From contig NC_134027.1 of NCBI RefSeq assembly GCF_964204645.1, forward strand, positions 25,444,560 through 25,508,559: a stretch of DNA of 64,000 nucleotides, given 5' to 3'. Below are positions 37,101 through 53,889 of the stretch, piece by piece. The translations under genes were made by a program, and so were the position numbers. This DNA is from Tubulanus polymorphus. Lineage: Eukaryota > Animalia > Nemertea. How positions within the stretch are numbered: position 1 is the first letter of the stretch; each line of letters begins with the position of its first letter. The notes under the pieces were generated by a model that worked only from the letters and a program-made list of their open reading frames with translations, did no database searches and had not been told where the DNA came from.

Positions 37101-37935
37101 CGACGAGATTGCGCCACATCGACCAGACCTCTAGGTGTAATATCGCACCAGGTACTATATCATTCTGTTTCAGATCCATGTGATCCAATAAATCAGCTAA
37201 AATCGAAATAATTTCAACCATCCCCTTAAAAAATTCCAGCTTAAAAGTGTCTCAAATTAAGAGATGAATCGAGTTTAGATAAATGCTTCCACAATAGTTA
37301 GCTCCGTCCTTAATCACCTAGGTCTATAGGCTTACTAGTTCAGGAGCCATTTTCTGAAAGAGTCTATAGATCTAGAGGCCATTTTAATGATGATGTCATA
37401 GGGTGATTTAGGAGGCACTATGGGTAGAGGATGAATAAGTTAGTTGGCCGGTAACTGAACTAATGAGGATTCAAATCTTGAATTAATCATTTATAAATTC
37501 TATGGATCAAACTATAAATTCACGATTGATAGAACACTATATCCGTGTTGACGCGATGTAGAGAGAATCCCACAATGACAAGGAAAAGTACGAAAATGTA
37601 GTTTATTTCAAATAAACTACTATCTCGAATTTACATTTTTGGACTTTTTCGTTATAATTGTGGGATTCTCTCTACATAAACTATAAATTATTTGACAAAA
37701 TTTCTACATTACCTTCATCTAAATAATGCAGTTTTTGTAAATGATACGGAATTCCGGCGGCGAATTCGATCAAACTTTTCAATCGTCGGATTTTCAGATC
37801 GCCGGTTACTTCTTTAATGTGGAAGATTTCATCGGTGAATAGTTTTATTCGCACGTTAAACGGGCGATCGATTTTACGAGCTCCCGCCGCGTAATGTTTT
37901 CGCGCCAACGCGAGATTCGGTGCCGATTTTGACAT
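31120..37935 (-). CDS. Ubiquitin-like plus ankyrin-repeat protein, ANKRD60-like, with a long charged C-terminal extension
   Basis: Exons ~37935-37713, 37196-37072, ~36580-36414, ~35986-35888, ~35672-35182, 34547-34319, 34022-33888, 33400-33356, 32212-32153, 31405-31120. GIPYHLQKLHYLDE, RAFIALFMASHRG and TPLGRTALHVAA match vertebrate ANKRD60 (GIPFNLQRLQYLDE, RAFVALYVASHRG, SPLGRTPLHVAA). ANKUB1 is the alternative assignment. Confidence 0.8.
32292..32394. mobile_element. Palindromic hairpin element (MITE-like)
   Basis: GTTTTATAGACTGGTATTACCTT...GGGCTAACT / AGTTAGCCC...AAGGTAATACCAGTCTATAAAAC. Confidence 0.7.
36671..36920. mobile_element. Second near-complete copy of the TTAA MITE
   Basis: Begins TTAACCCTTGCAGTGCATCTACACCGCAGTGCGGTGTA and is colinear with 28030-28303; right end degenerate. 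Confidence 0.8.
37556..37677. mobile_element. Hairpin element with perfect terminal inverted repeats
   Basis: ATGTAGAGAGAATCCCACAAT ... ATTGTGGGATTCTCTCTACAT. Confidence 0.7.
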
Positions 37936-38182
37936 GATACTAAATATTTTCGATGCCGGTCCCTCCGTCTATCGCAGCTAGAAATTAGGACGTTTTTAAA
38001 TTGATCATTGTTGAAAAACTGAAATGAAAAATTGGACGTTGCTTCAAACATTTTGATGAAACGTAAAATCCTAAAATTGTTGCAAGACTATAAAAATTTT
38101 ACTAGAAATATAAGAAATATTTTGGTAGTTTCTCCACTTCTTCACTATTATTATTCAGTTTAAAATGTCAACAGACAGATAT

Positions 38183-38229
38183 CTTAAGACTGAGGAAGGG
38201 TGTCGGAACCACTCGAAATTTTTCTAAGA
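38183..38229 (+). ncRNA. Degenerate minimal hammerhead motif (Penelope-like pLTR remnant)
   Basis: CTTAAGA-CTGAGGA-A-GGGTG(TCGGAAC)CACTC-GAAATTTT-TCTAAG gives a CUGAGGA/GAAA core, stem II with a G-U pair and an imperfect stem I. Confidence 0.55.
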
Positions 38230-38739
38230 GTTTAGAATTTTGAAAGAAGTTTTTAGACTTTTAACAATTGTGAGACTTAACAGTTATTGCTTCATCACGG
38301 ATATTGTGTGATTAAACATTTTTTCATTGATTGGAAGAATCGAATGAAACCGAAGAAAGCGTCCGTGGCAACGGTGTTTTTAATTGCTTCTAGACGCTCT
38401 CTACGTGAATCTTACCGACAAAAATTATCGCCACTTAATGAATCAATTAATGTTTTAGCATAAAATTAAGAAACAGCATCGAAATCATTTCAGAACTAGC
38501 CACAAATTATCGAAAATACGCGAAATATTTACCAGTTTTGAAGCGACGTGAGGTCCGCCATTTTGAACTATATCTCAGTATTTTCAGGATTCGAACTGAT
38601 TTTAGGAATTATTCACAAATTCAATTCAATTCAAAACTACTGCAGTCCGGTTCCACGTTTTACGCTAAACCATCAAAAATTATTTCTGCAAAAAAGTACT
38701 TTTCTTGTCAAATTCCGTGAAAATAAGACGCGTTAGAAG

Positions 38740-41855
<3,116 letters not shown>

Positions 41856-43590
41856 ACTATTTTTACAAGCGCCCGCAGTTTCACTGATAGAACTTACGAT
41901 AGATTGTCGATGAATTAAATTATTTGTTTCGCGCAACTCTCGAAATTCATTTTCGAATGAATATGATTCGTGTTTACATCGTAGATTAGTTAAATGTACA
42001 TAAAAACTGGAAAAATAAAATATTGTTTATTAGAATGAAATCAGGCTTCAGTTTGAATTGTTAAACTCCAGTTCCTCAGAATTGTGGACGATCAGGTTTT
42101 GGAGGTGTCTGATTTTAGTTCAATTTCAATTAAAAGATGAGACTGAACACACGTGAAGTGTGGACAATCAGTTGGTGACAGGGTGCTAACAAAATGTCTG
42201 GTGTTTATAGGCAATTTTTAATCGAAAATGTCTCTGGTGAAATTCTGAACACACGTGAAGTGTGGACAGTTTTAGAAAGCGTGCCAAGATTGTCTAACGT
42301 TTGTAGTTCATTTTCAATGTCTCGAACGAATTACACATCGTGAAGTGTGGACAATAAAGAATTGGAACAGTAATGATATAACTATTAAGAGTCTGAAGCA
42401 GGATCCAGGTAAAGGTAGGGGGGAGTGCGAGGTCCAGTCAGCAGATAGATACATGCATGGAACTGTGAGAACAAGTATCACCACAGATTTAAGTCGACTT
42501 AAATTTGTTAATTCAAAAGTCAATTTATTATTTTATGTAAGTAAGTTTTACACACACCAACAGAAACTTGCTATATTTGGTCCAAACAACTGAACAAACG
42601 GTGAATAATAATAATTTAAACACCAAAACATCATGCAACATGACCGAATGTTATTATCACTAATAAAACTAGCAAATTAGTTCATCTTTATTCCTGAAAA
42701 TTTACGTAAATATTGGGAGGGTTGATTATACGAAATAAAACCAAGTTGTTTTCGATTATTATCATTCTGCGGTTAAAATCTTGCTTATTTTTCTAGTACA
42801 AACACGGTATAGGAATGAAAATAACGGATATGTACAAAGTCGTCCTTTCTACTTTAATCTACACACATTGAAATCCGAATTTAAAATTTCTATCATTAGT
42901 AGTTAGTATTCAAAATTACGTAAGCTATTTCACGTACACTCGAGTCTAAAGAATGTCTAATCACTGATAACAAATTCGAAACAAAACGATGGGAGGCTAT
43001 TTGAGCTGATTTCACGTTAACCGAGGGCGGGTTTCATAGACTGAGTTGAAATTCTACTCTGAATACAACATTACTTATGTTTCTGTGAATAGGAGATCCA
43101 GGTTTGACTCGAAAATTAAAACGCAATTAACAATCTTATTTAAACTCTTTGAGTCGAACTACCGTGAAACTGGATCCAGAGGTTAATGATTTCCCCGTAG
43201 AGACAACTCTGATACCATGTCTTAATAAAAGTAAGCAGCAGACTTCAAGAGCGGATATTTCGATGAAAAAAAGAAAAGAACCCGGCCTATGAAACACTGG
43301 ACCCGGACTTACACTCTTCAAAACCTGAGTTGTGTTATAATCTAGATCTAGGACGTACACAGAAAGAGGTATAACTAATTTACAGAGAAATTCAGTTCGG
43401 AATACATAGCATCGAGAGACTGAAGAAGTGACATCTAGTTTTTAATTTCGAAGAAGCTGGTGACTTTTAGGACACCGTTTAAAATTCACTAAATTTCGTA
43501 AACATCGTTTCGGTTTTTTTTTTTTTTCTTTTCTAATTATAAATTATTCTCCTATGTTTTTATTGATTTAATTTCCTACGCGAACTCGCA

Positions 43591-46500
43591 TTATCTCCTA
43601 CGCGGTACGCGGGCTATTTTACGGCTCTTCAACACCATCCACTTGTGACGTTTAACGTAGTAACTTCCCAGTATGAGAAACGGGAAAACCAACAGGAGCT
43701 ACAAAAAAAAAAAAGGAAAAATATTCACAATTCATTACCAGACGTCGTAATAACAACTTTTCATTTCCAACTTGTAAATTCCTGATCAAAAAGATCTGTT
43801 TTTCTGAAACTGACCTATACTGATTTTTCGAGACAAAATTATACTCTTTTTGATATCGAGCGCCTTTGAATAAATGGGGTTATCTATATTTTTAGGATTT
43901 TGCCAAATTCTCATGAGACCCTTTGATCCACAACAGGAAGCTGACATTACCCCAGATAAACCCAGAGAGTATTGGGCTCCAAGGAGCTGAAAGGGGTATA
44001 CCTAATCATATGCTTAATGCATCTAAGAAGACCCTCTTTAGAGTCTAAAATAACAGAACAGTTTGATATATTCTGAGATTCTGTTTAACCCAGACGATAC
44101 TGGAAAACTGGTCAATTAAAAACAAGACTATCATCCTTACCTTGATTGCCATTCGCTTCCTGACATCGTGTTCCGGTTCCGAGGCCCAACTCAAAAATGT
44201 CGACACGTCTTTCGCAAGCTGGGACAAGGTCGCCGGTGTACCTATAAAATAACGTCGCGCATTATAATTTCGAAAACATCTCTCACAAATTCCAATAGTT
44301 CCCTAAACAGCAAACACTTACCATCTTCGTATTCGATGATCTCGTTATAAAGAGCTTGCGCCATACCGATAGCGCCACCTGGGAAGTAAGGGTTGTAATG
44401 TTGTCCGTCTGCCAGGGAGACACCCGCCGGTGGATCCTCCACGTAACCAGTCAACAACGCGAACAGATAATCCTTCAAATACAGATGACATCACGAGTAA
44501 AGATTTGCTCGATGTTTAATGATATAACAATAGTAATATAGAGCAGGTGTCCTAACCATAGCGAGTTCAGATGCGCCCAAAATTTGGTATCATTACCCCC
44601 AGCCTATAACTCTATTCCATATATCAGTCATCTCTCCCTGGGGAGACGTAACATCCGAGCAGCTACAGGGAGTCATCTACGTGATTAGAACTAACAACCT
44701 GGCTTCCCACAGTCGAACGCTCTAACCACTTGCCCGAACCACTCGCTCAAATGTTTGACAGCATTAAGGGTGAACTGAGTCTTTAAATGTCTACACTTGT
44801 CTTGAATTGCACGGGACTGACAAATATTGTCCGAGGTAAGGGAAATCCGGAACTTCACTTTTAAACGACTTACCTCACCGCCGTGACGAGCTAACGTAAT
44901 ATAACTCAAATCGGGAGGTAGAGCTCCGTTATTAGCAGCACGAGCTGCCTCGTCGTTAGCGTACGGCGCCGGGAATCCATCCGCTAGTTTACCCGGCCGT
45001 TCAAACATATTCCCTTCTTCATCGGGACCGTCTTTGATCATTACCTACAGAAAATACGTATATCAAATCAGTTAAACTCTCGGGCATTTCACTCATGTTT
45101 CAAGCGCCTCCTATTTTGCCTATTGTATACCATAGCGACCAATATTTCGGTTGGCTATGTATGGCCTGGAGAGGTGTACAGCACACTACTGTTTAGCAGA
45201 AGACTTGTCTTCTTTCATTATAGTTCCTTTCAACCATATACAAGGTTCCTACAATTCCTGGTATCCAGAATTCAAGGACTTTTTAAGGAGTAATTTTCAA
45301 AATTCAAGGAGGTTTTCGCGGTCATATATAAGGAAAAAAGTCGAAAATTCAAAAACAAAATCCCCGTTTTTCTCAAATTTTGGTCAGTTGTTGCGTGTGC
45401 AGTTTTGGTTTCACTGTAAATCTCAAAGTGAAACAACTTTCATTCACAAGTCACACAGTGAAGAATAATAGAATACCATGTCTTCTGAAAAGGACCTTTT
45501 GAAAATTTTTAATAGGACTATCCCAGAATTTAAGGAGTTTCAAGGAGTTTATGGATATTTCTCGAAATTTAAGGATTTTCATTACAGCATCATCAAAATT
45601 ACACTAATACCATCTGGGCGTGCACAATTATCAAGTAGCGAAAGGGTTAAGGAATCAACAAGTCATAAGGAATGAATGCCTCACTTACCTCAGCTGCCTC
45701 CGCTTTGGCCTCATCCTCCGTGTGAGAAACGCCGACTAAATTACGATAGTGTAGATATTGCATACTGTGGCAAGCGGCGCACACCTGCTTATAAACCTCA
45801 TAACCGCGACGTATACTGAAAATAAACAAACCGGGGGCGGAGCTTGTCACTTTGATTGACAGTTACAGAGAGTCTGAAGCTGTAACTCAAAACAGAATCA
45901 TGGATTGCACAGTTTTGAGTCATGTTATTTTCATATCACTTTGATGGCAGTATACAGAGTATGGTTCCTAGTTATAGATAAAATACAGTGGTTCCATGAT
46001 TCTCAGATGTTCCAAAACTCGGCGTTAGGCGAGTTTGACTTCTGAATGAATTAATTGAAAAATGAACTAATTTCACTCTCTTGAGTCAAACTCAAACTCA
46101 CCTCGCGTGATCGAAAGATTGGAAAAGTCCGTTGTGGCTCCACGGTAACTTTGGCGGGTGCAAAGTTAATTCGGCCGCATGCACAGCTTGGTTTAAAGCG
46201 AGGGCTACTCCGGCGCCTCCGACTGCGGTAGCTCCGGCTACTCCGAGCAACTGAAACACATTTTACAAATCATCAATAATGGTAAGAAAATTATGAGATT
46301 TGCTCCGAGGTCAATCGTTCGGTGGTCGCTCGTTCACTGTCTTTACCTTTCATTAAAACCAGTTCCACAGTTCACTGTCTTTTATTATACATTTTTACAA
46401 TGTTTCAGAATCAAAATTTACTTATAACTGAATCAACTGTGGAGTTTTCAGGCAGAATTTGAGACGCAGATCTTAATTTGATTTATCTTCAAATATTCTA

Positions 46501-48117
46501 AAATAATTCAAAATCAGTCCTCTAAATCAAACTGCGGAACTGGGTTCAGAAATCGATAGACTTTTCAGACACTATATTGATGAACCCACAGAACAATCAG
46601 AAATTTGAATATTTAAGGCAGGTTTTGATTGGTCTCTACCGATTCAGGAATTCTCTTCTGGGGAGTTCATTTTAACCAGAATACTCTCTACCTATTCCAA
46701 AATGGCGTAATCTGTAAACCTGATAGAAGCGGCCGGTAGAGAGTTTGTAATCCATGAATAGATATTCCTAAACCCAGAACACGTTCAATCGAAAAAACCT
46801 GCCTTAACTATATTTTACCATTTTGACCAGCATCACTAAACAGTAACTTCACATAAAATGACAATCGAAACAAATAGTTAAATAAACAGATAGAAAGACC
46901 AAGGGATCGATGGGAAACCCCGGATAAACTTCTTTATTGCGCCCGAGATTCAGTCAAATATTGACTGAGTTAAACAATGACAGGTGTGTGAATGATGTAT
47001 TTGCATAAGATGATACCAAGTAGAATATAAAGTAAATGTATAATAAAGTTGTCAGTTGAAACATATCAGGAATCATTCAAAGAATTGCGATTAAATCAAA
47101 CAATAATCTTCACGATGATCCTGGCCAGGAATGGTAAATTCAACAAGGGGGTTGTGTAAGGCTGTGTTTAAAATACTGTGTTAAAAAGTTAATTTTGTTG
47201 ATCGTTTCTTAGAAAATTATTCAAAAACGATAAAAAACAAAATTAATCATTAAAAAAAGGTTTTTCAATTACTAATTTTCTAAACACTGAAATTAATCAA
47301 TGTGTTTATAATTTTTTACTAATCAACGTAAGTAAATATTAACCAAATGAGACTTGGGAGTTTCTGACTTTCGCGTTAACTACGCGAATCCTAGCAACAC
47401 AAATGAGAAACATCGAGAAGGATAACATATCCACAACCTATCACAGATCCTTTAAAAATGATGATGATGATGATGACGATGACGATGAAGGCCTCTATTC
47501 TGTATGCCAAAATACTCACCAATTTTTTTCCTTTTGATAAATTTCTAAATGTTGACATTTTTGCCTGAAATGGAGAGAGATATATTGTTACAGAAACATG
47601 ACAGGGCCAACAGTTTAGGCTACACAGTTTTATTAAAGGTCTTGATTGCGCCAAGTGGTAATTATGACAACATTCCTTTTTTTTGACAAGTCAGTCAAGA
47701 GTCAACCAGTGAAGTAGTCATGTGAAAAAAGGCCAAGTTTCTAATGAAGAAGGTAACAAGAATTTGGCAGCCACCATTATCTTGATCAAACTGAAGCATA
47801 GATCCATGTTAATAGATAGAGCCACGATTGTGAACCGTGCAGGTTGAATTCATGATGGGAGCCGGACAGCGGGCACCTGGCTGGCTGGCAGTTTTTTTAA
47901 TGCACTCCGATGACTCCCCTGCTGGCTCAGCGGCGTTACTACGCGGTTTTAAACGCGATTAACGGCTCCAAATTTTCCAATCTCTCACTGATCAATAATC
48001 ATTGCCATCGTCTTAATGATAAGACTCCGATAGATTACTTACATGACCGGTAATTAAGTGGTTAGATGTCTTTAAAACTGCTTGTTTCAGCGAGGGCTGC
48101 GCGAGGATCGACGCCAT
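43591..48117 (-). CDS. CYC1: Cytochrome c1, heme protein of complex III
   Basis: Exons ~48117-48043, ~47564-47520, 46250-46102, 45815-45689, 45044-44874, 44472-44322, 44241-44141, 43698-43591. Motifs: [62 protein letters not shown]. Confidence 0.98.
44560..44748 (-). mobile_element. Degenerate tRNA-derived SINE
   Basis: Minus strand reads GGGCAAGTGGTTAGAGCGTTCGACTGTGG...GTTCTAATC, a tRNA-like head with decayed boxes, inside a CYC1 intron. Confidence 0.5.
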
Positions 48118-48872
48118 TTTGTTCCTATATTACATATCCGACCTTCTGACGTCATCCACTCAATCGGGTTCGAAACCCAGCTACGTGGGACTTATGCAAT
48201 TTATGTGATTAATTCTAAATAAATGTAACTCAGATAAAATTTGATACAAGCTTGTACGGGTAGTAAAATTTGATATCAACATAAATAATGATAAATAATT
48301 TTTGATATTTGTTTGACATCAAGATGAGAAAATTCACTCAAAATAGCTTGAGGGCTTTCACGTAAACTCTACCAAAACCATTTCTTTACACGATTATCTT
48401 TTTTTATGCTAAAATATATTATGGATCGCATGTAGCATTTAAAAGACCAATAAATACTATTGAATTTGAATTTGTTCCTCTGATTTTGTCGCTTCGACAT
48501 CCTCCAAAATCTGACAATCTGAAAACCGAGAAGAAAGCTATTTCCAATCGCCTCTAAATTATCCGTTTGTTTAAGGTGACTTAGTTTATTGCCGAATTAT
48601 CGTAGATTTATTTATTTCTCAACGGAATGAAACAAAATTTTGTCGTTAAAGTTTATTTTCCCGTCTAAAAAGACATTTATTTCTAGAAATTTTGTTCTTA
48701 AAAAAGTGGTCAATGTTGAAGAAGTGTAATCAATTAAATATCAATTTATTTCAGGAAAATCTATATTTGGCATTTGAGCACCGGAATCGTGAGAGAAAGG
48801 TTGATGAGTTAAAACCGGTTTTCCCAGTTCTCACAACTGATATCTTTCATTCAGATTTTGGACCGTTTAACC

Positions 48873-51800
48873 ATGGAGACATTACCGGAAAGCGAAATCC
48901 TCGCCAACTTACTTCCGAAGTTCAACGAAATGCGGCTGAACGGAAAATTCTGCGACATCGAGCTAACGGCCAACGGACTAGTCGTGCCGGCTCACCGAGC
49001 ATTTGTAGCCGCTTCGAGCGGTTCGCTGATGTCGATATTCTCGAACGAGTCCGCCGACGAGGCCCGGCTCGGAAAATACGAAATGCTCGGACTGACACAA
49101 GTCCAGCTTTTAGACATCGTCGATTTCATCTACACGGGTTCGATGACGCGTATGAACCTCGAGAACGTGGCGGCGTATCGCGAAATCGCCGTCCAACTCG
49201 ACATTCCGAATTTGATCGCGTTTTGTGACCGTATTCGAAAACCGACCGCCACCGACGACGACGAATCGGAGGACGCGAACATCGCGGAAAGCATCGTCGA
49301 AAAAGTGATGGCGAAAATCAATCTCGCGAATAACGACTCGAACTCCGCGGGAAACGAGCGACGAACTCATTTGGTCGTCAACGATTTCTTAAAAACGGAC
49401 TATCTATCGTCATCGGTCGTTTCGTTACCGCCGGCGACCGTATCGGCGATTAAAATAGAAAAATTTGTCGACGACAACGGCAGCGGTTTGATTGAAGCGC
49501 CATCTATATCGATACTCGATAACGACGATCTTCTCGATCAGTTGGTTGAGACCGGCGATAAAAAAGCGGACGAAGAAAGCGACGAAAATTCGATCGATCG
49601 CGAATTTAAAGTTTTCCCCGAAGTCGAAACTGGGGGCAACGTCGAAGATTTTTGGGAATTCCGGGAAACCCCGGCGAAACAAACGCCGTTCAAGCTAAAA
49701 GTGAAAAAGCGTTTTTCGTGCGTGGTTTGTGAATATGCTACGTTCACCAGCGCTCGACTAGAGGAGCACTCGTTCGCTGTTCATAACGTCACTCGCGGCG
49801 CCACCTATACCTGTTCGCTGTGTTCGTTTTCGACCGTTTCCGCGTCGCGGTTGAGCGGGCATCGTTACGCGAAACACCCGACGACCTTGGGACACGCGTG
49901 CGCCAAGTGCGCGCGGACGTTTGAAACGCGGCGCGATTTACGCGCGCACGTTAAATCACGGCACACGGCGTTCTTGACGCTCGTGTGCACGCGATGTCGC
50001 AAAGCTTTCCGATCTCAGGTCGCGTGGAGGCTTCACGCGAACCGGGGATGCGGTAATTGTCGACGAATTTCGGATCACGCGCAGAAAAAAGCGATCGTAA
50101 AATATACGCGCACGCATACGAACTCTGATCGAGAACCGGTTGTGAACAAGGTTTGTTCTCGTTGCTCGTCTCTGTTCAGCGTTGGCGAGACGAGGTTTCT
50201 ATTGTGTAATATCACGCGGTGTCGTCGTAGCGCTCGTTATTACTGCGCGGAATGCGACCGCAGCTCCGCGTCGCTCGAGCAGATGCGCGAACATTTCCAC
50301 GGTCGGCACCTGCGCGACATAGCGTCGTGCCGAACGTGCGAGCGCGATTTCGAGTTCGTCGACGCGTACGCCGATCACGTGTTCGAAACGCACGCGAAGA
50401 AGATCGAATCCGATTCGCCGCTGTCCGCGTTGAAGATGCGCAGCTGCGGGCAATGCGGGTTCACGCGGTACCGGTGCCGACTGGTGCAGGCTCACATGAA
50501 CGATTCACACAAAACGAAAGACGGCGTCGATTTGCAGAAACCGTCACAGCTACAGCAGGTGCGGAGGAAAGACGAACGCGCGGCGGAGAAGTGTCACATC
50601 TGCGCGTACGTGAGCAGCAGTCGTTTCGCGTTGTCCAATCACATGTTCGCGAAGCACGGTTTCGTCGAGCCGGGGAAAACCGTTTACAAATGTGAACATT
50701 GTTCGTACACGTCGCTGGCGAAGAACGTCATCGCCGTTCACGTGCAGACGATACATCTGAACGAGCGTCCGCACGTCTGCTCGACGTGCGGCAAAGCGTA
50801 CAAGACGTCGACGATGCTACGCGGACACATGGAGACGCACACGCCGGGCACGCACCGGTGCACGCGGTGCGCGTACGAGACGAACACGTCGATGAATCTA
50901 CGGCGTCACGAGCGTCGCAAACACCCGAAGGGTCAGGCGTATAAGTGTCACTTGTGTCCGTTTCAGACGGGGTTTCTGTGCGAACTCAATAAACATCATC
51001 GCGTCGTGCAGCATAAAATGGTGCATCAGAAATATAAGCAAGAAGCGGCTGCCGTCGGTTCAGCTATTAGTACAACTAAGGTAAATCACTGATGATGATC
51101 TCAATATTTCAGAGTTAATCAGCAAAATCCGCAGTTGATGATTTTACAAGTTATTTTCTAACAGTTTTGAAGTTTTGACGAATTTTCATCATCAAAAAAA
51201 CCGAAATGCAAAATTGGTTCTCAGGAGCCGGTTGCACAGTCATGGATTAGACATAAGACCAGTCTAAGACCAACTTAGTTCTAAAGCCAATCTTACAACT
51301 TAAGACCGGTTTTAAGATTTAAGACCACTTTTGGACTTAAGTCACAACTGTGCGATTGGGTATTCAAACTCGTGATATTCAATTGTAATAATGATGATGA
51401 GTTTAGTTAAAAATTCGAAACCGTCAGAAAATAATTAGTAAAATCATCAACCCACTGTGGGTTTTGCTCATTAACATTGGAAAGTTGCTGACATTGAAAA
51501 AAAAAACAGATTTTAATTTTTTCGTCGTTTCGATTTTTCAGAACAATACGGTGACCGTATTGGACCCGAAGCACAAGTGCCCGGCGTGCCCGTACGTGAC
51601 GTCGAACAGTCGACATTTACGCATGCACGTACGTCGCATGCACCTGGGCACGCCGTATACGTGCCCGCATTGCCCGTACCGCGGCGCGACGCAAGCGACG
51701 CTCGATTCGCATCTGAGAAACGTCAAACACGTTCAACGTCACAATAAATACCTGCGCGAGGAGCAGACGGATAAACTACCGGACGGTGTGTCGTACGAAC

Positions 51801-51994
51801 AGTTACTGCAATTAGGGAATACCCCGCAACAGCAGCCGGACCGCGCTGCGTCCGCCGCCCAGACGAAGAGTCCGCGCAAGAAAAAGTCGAAACCGGCGAC
51901 GACGATTAAAAAGACGGAAGATTTCACCGATTGGAATCGGTTTCTGCAGGTGACAGACGACGGAACTATGGTTACTATGGTTACAATGGAATAA
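48873..51994 (+). CDS. BTB/POZ and multiple C2H2 zinc-finger transcription factor (ZBTB-like)
   Basis: Exons 48873-51080 and 51542-51994. BTB motifs FNEMRLNGKFCDIEL...PAHRAFVAAS...IVDFIYTG are followed by many CxxC...HxxxH fingers, including the linker NERPHVC. Confidence 0.92.
51223..51361. mobile_element. MITE of the GGGCCAGTTGCACA-TIR family
   Basis: Shares AAGACCAGTCTAAGACCAACTTAG with 63510-63614; termini degenerate. Confidence 0.65.
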
Positions 51995-52987
51995 TTGATT
52001 ATCGAACTATCAAGCGGCCCTTCTTCCTGCCAAAAAGTGTTTGCCTATTTATTCCTAATTTTAGGTAAAAAGTTTATATTCCCTTTTTTATAGAAAATTG
52101 CCCGTGTTTGATGCCCTTTCCTGCCATCTAATATCCGTACTTACGCCTTGCCAAATTGAAAATTTGATCGAAGCCTTCCCCCTAGTGGTAACTTTGGGAC
52201 CACTTGACGGCCTGCTCATTATCATCATCATCATCACCATCATCATCATTTGTGAACAGGATTCTTACGATATTTGAAAAGTTTTGGATAATGGGAATTT
52301 TTTTCAGGCCCTGGTAAAGCTATGATGGAAATTATTATTTATTTATTCTCTGTGGGCATGGGAAAGGTATAGAAAATGGTATCGATACTTTATTGACATC
52401 GATTTACTTTGAATGGGCTTCTTTATGAAAAAGTGTAACTCTGGGTATGGAAAATTCATAGGGTATGGATAATAAAAAAGGGTTAATCGCAAGAACCTTG
52501 CGTGGAGGATCTGTGATAGGCTCCTGGGAATCTGTGGTTGTCCTTATCTGTTTCTCATTTGTGTTGCTAGATTTTCGCATAGTTTGTTATCATGCTAAGA
52601 AAATCCACGCTCAAGGAATTAAATGATTAAATTGATCTAGTGTAATTTGTTGAATCTATTATTTAATTTAAGCACTTTTCTAATGAAATAAATTTTTTCT
52701 GAAAATGATATCCAAATTTTTTTTTTAATGAATTTTAGTACATAGTCATCGGCGATGGAAATGGGTATCTGATTATCTACACTGAATTCGTTGGTTGCGC
52801 GTCATTATTTCAGATATTTTTTCCTAGGCGAGAAAAGGTCTTCTGCGAATATAATCGAATTGAATTTGATTAAGCTGCTTGCCACGGCGTGCAAACTCTG
52901 AACTCGTCCTATCTACGCGTCATCGATAAGGTGCATTCATTAGTTGTCGACTCATTATTTTTTTCTCGCTTGAAAACACTTGTTAAC

Positions 52988-53889
52988 ATGTCTGGACGAG
53001 AAGGTAAGAGTAACTCAGAAACCCCAAATGTCGGGAACAAACATTTGAATTACTATCGGGTGAAATAATGGTGATCGAAGGGTATTTAGGGGCGAGGGAA
53101 TCTCGAATCTCGTGTTTTGAAGAGATTTTGTTCTTGAATCCGCGGAGACGAGCCGCGTTACGACTTAAATATACTAATATAAAAGAAATAAATATTTTTT
53201 TCAATTAAATATATTTAATCCTCAGACATTCCTTTGAAACGATTCTAACAAACCATTGAAATTGAAAATAAGTTTGTCTACTTCAATTTAAGAAGTGTAA
53301 TATTCATTTTTGTGCCGTCTTTGTCCTTTTTAGGTGGAAAGAAAAAGCCATTGAAGGCACCAAAAAAAGAAAAGAGAGAGATGGACGATGTAAGAGAAGA
53401 AAGGATACCTTCGAAAACGTTTAGAATTTTTTTTTAGTTTTAAAACTGAATCCTTTTTATTGTGATTTAGGACGAAATTGCTGCCAAACAAAAACAAAAA
53501 GAAGAACAGAAAAAATTAAACGAAATGAAGGCAAAAGCTGCGAAAGGAGGACCTTTAAGTAAGTTAAGAAGGGGGTTACATTTACTAATTCAAGGGGTAC
53601 TCTTGATAAGTATCTTAGTTCATGTCTCATAAACTGCCTATCACCTGCTCAATATATTTCATTTCAAATCATTTTAGTTTTGAGAATTAAAATTTAAAGA
53701 CTTAAGATTCGATTTGACTGTTTATATCATAAATTTCTCTTTATTTTTTTTTAAATTAACATTACAAGCACGATCAATTATAAGTATATTAGTTGCGCTT
53801 AAAATGTACATACAGTAGACATATCGCCTTAACTCTAAAAACAAACTTTCATTTCAGCTGGAGGAGGTATAAAAAAGTCGAAGAAATGA
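52988..53889 (+). CDS. TMA7: Translation machinery-associated protein 7
   Basis: Exons 52988-53003, 53334-53389, 53471-53558 and 53858-53889 give [63 protein letters not shown]. This gene is absent from the ORF track. Confidence 0.97.

Noticed and set aside
43416-43470. CTGAAGAAGTGAC... as a hammerhead remnant
   Set aside because: No complementary stem II and no GAAA in register.
48692-50944. Overlapping ORFs in the BTB-ZF gene (similarly in par-6 exon 3 and the 55408 ORF)
   Set aside because: Expected by-products of GC-rich codon usage, with no recognisable motifs.
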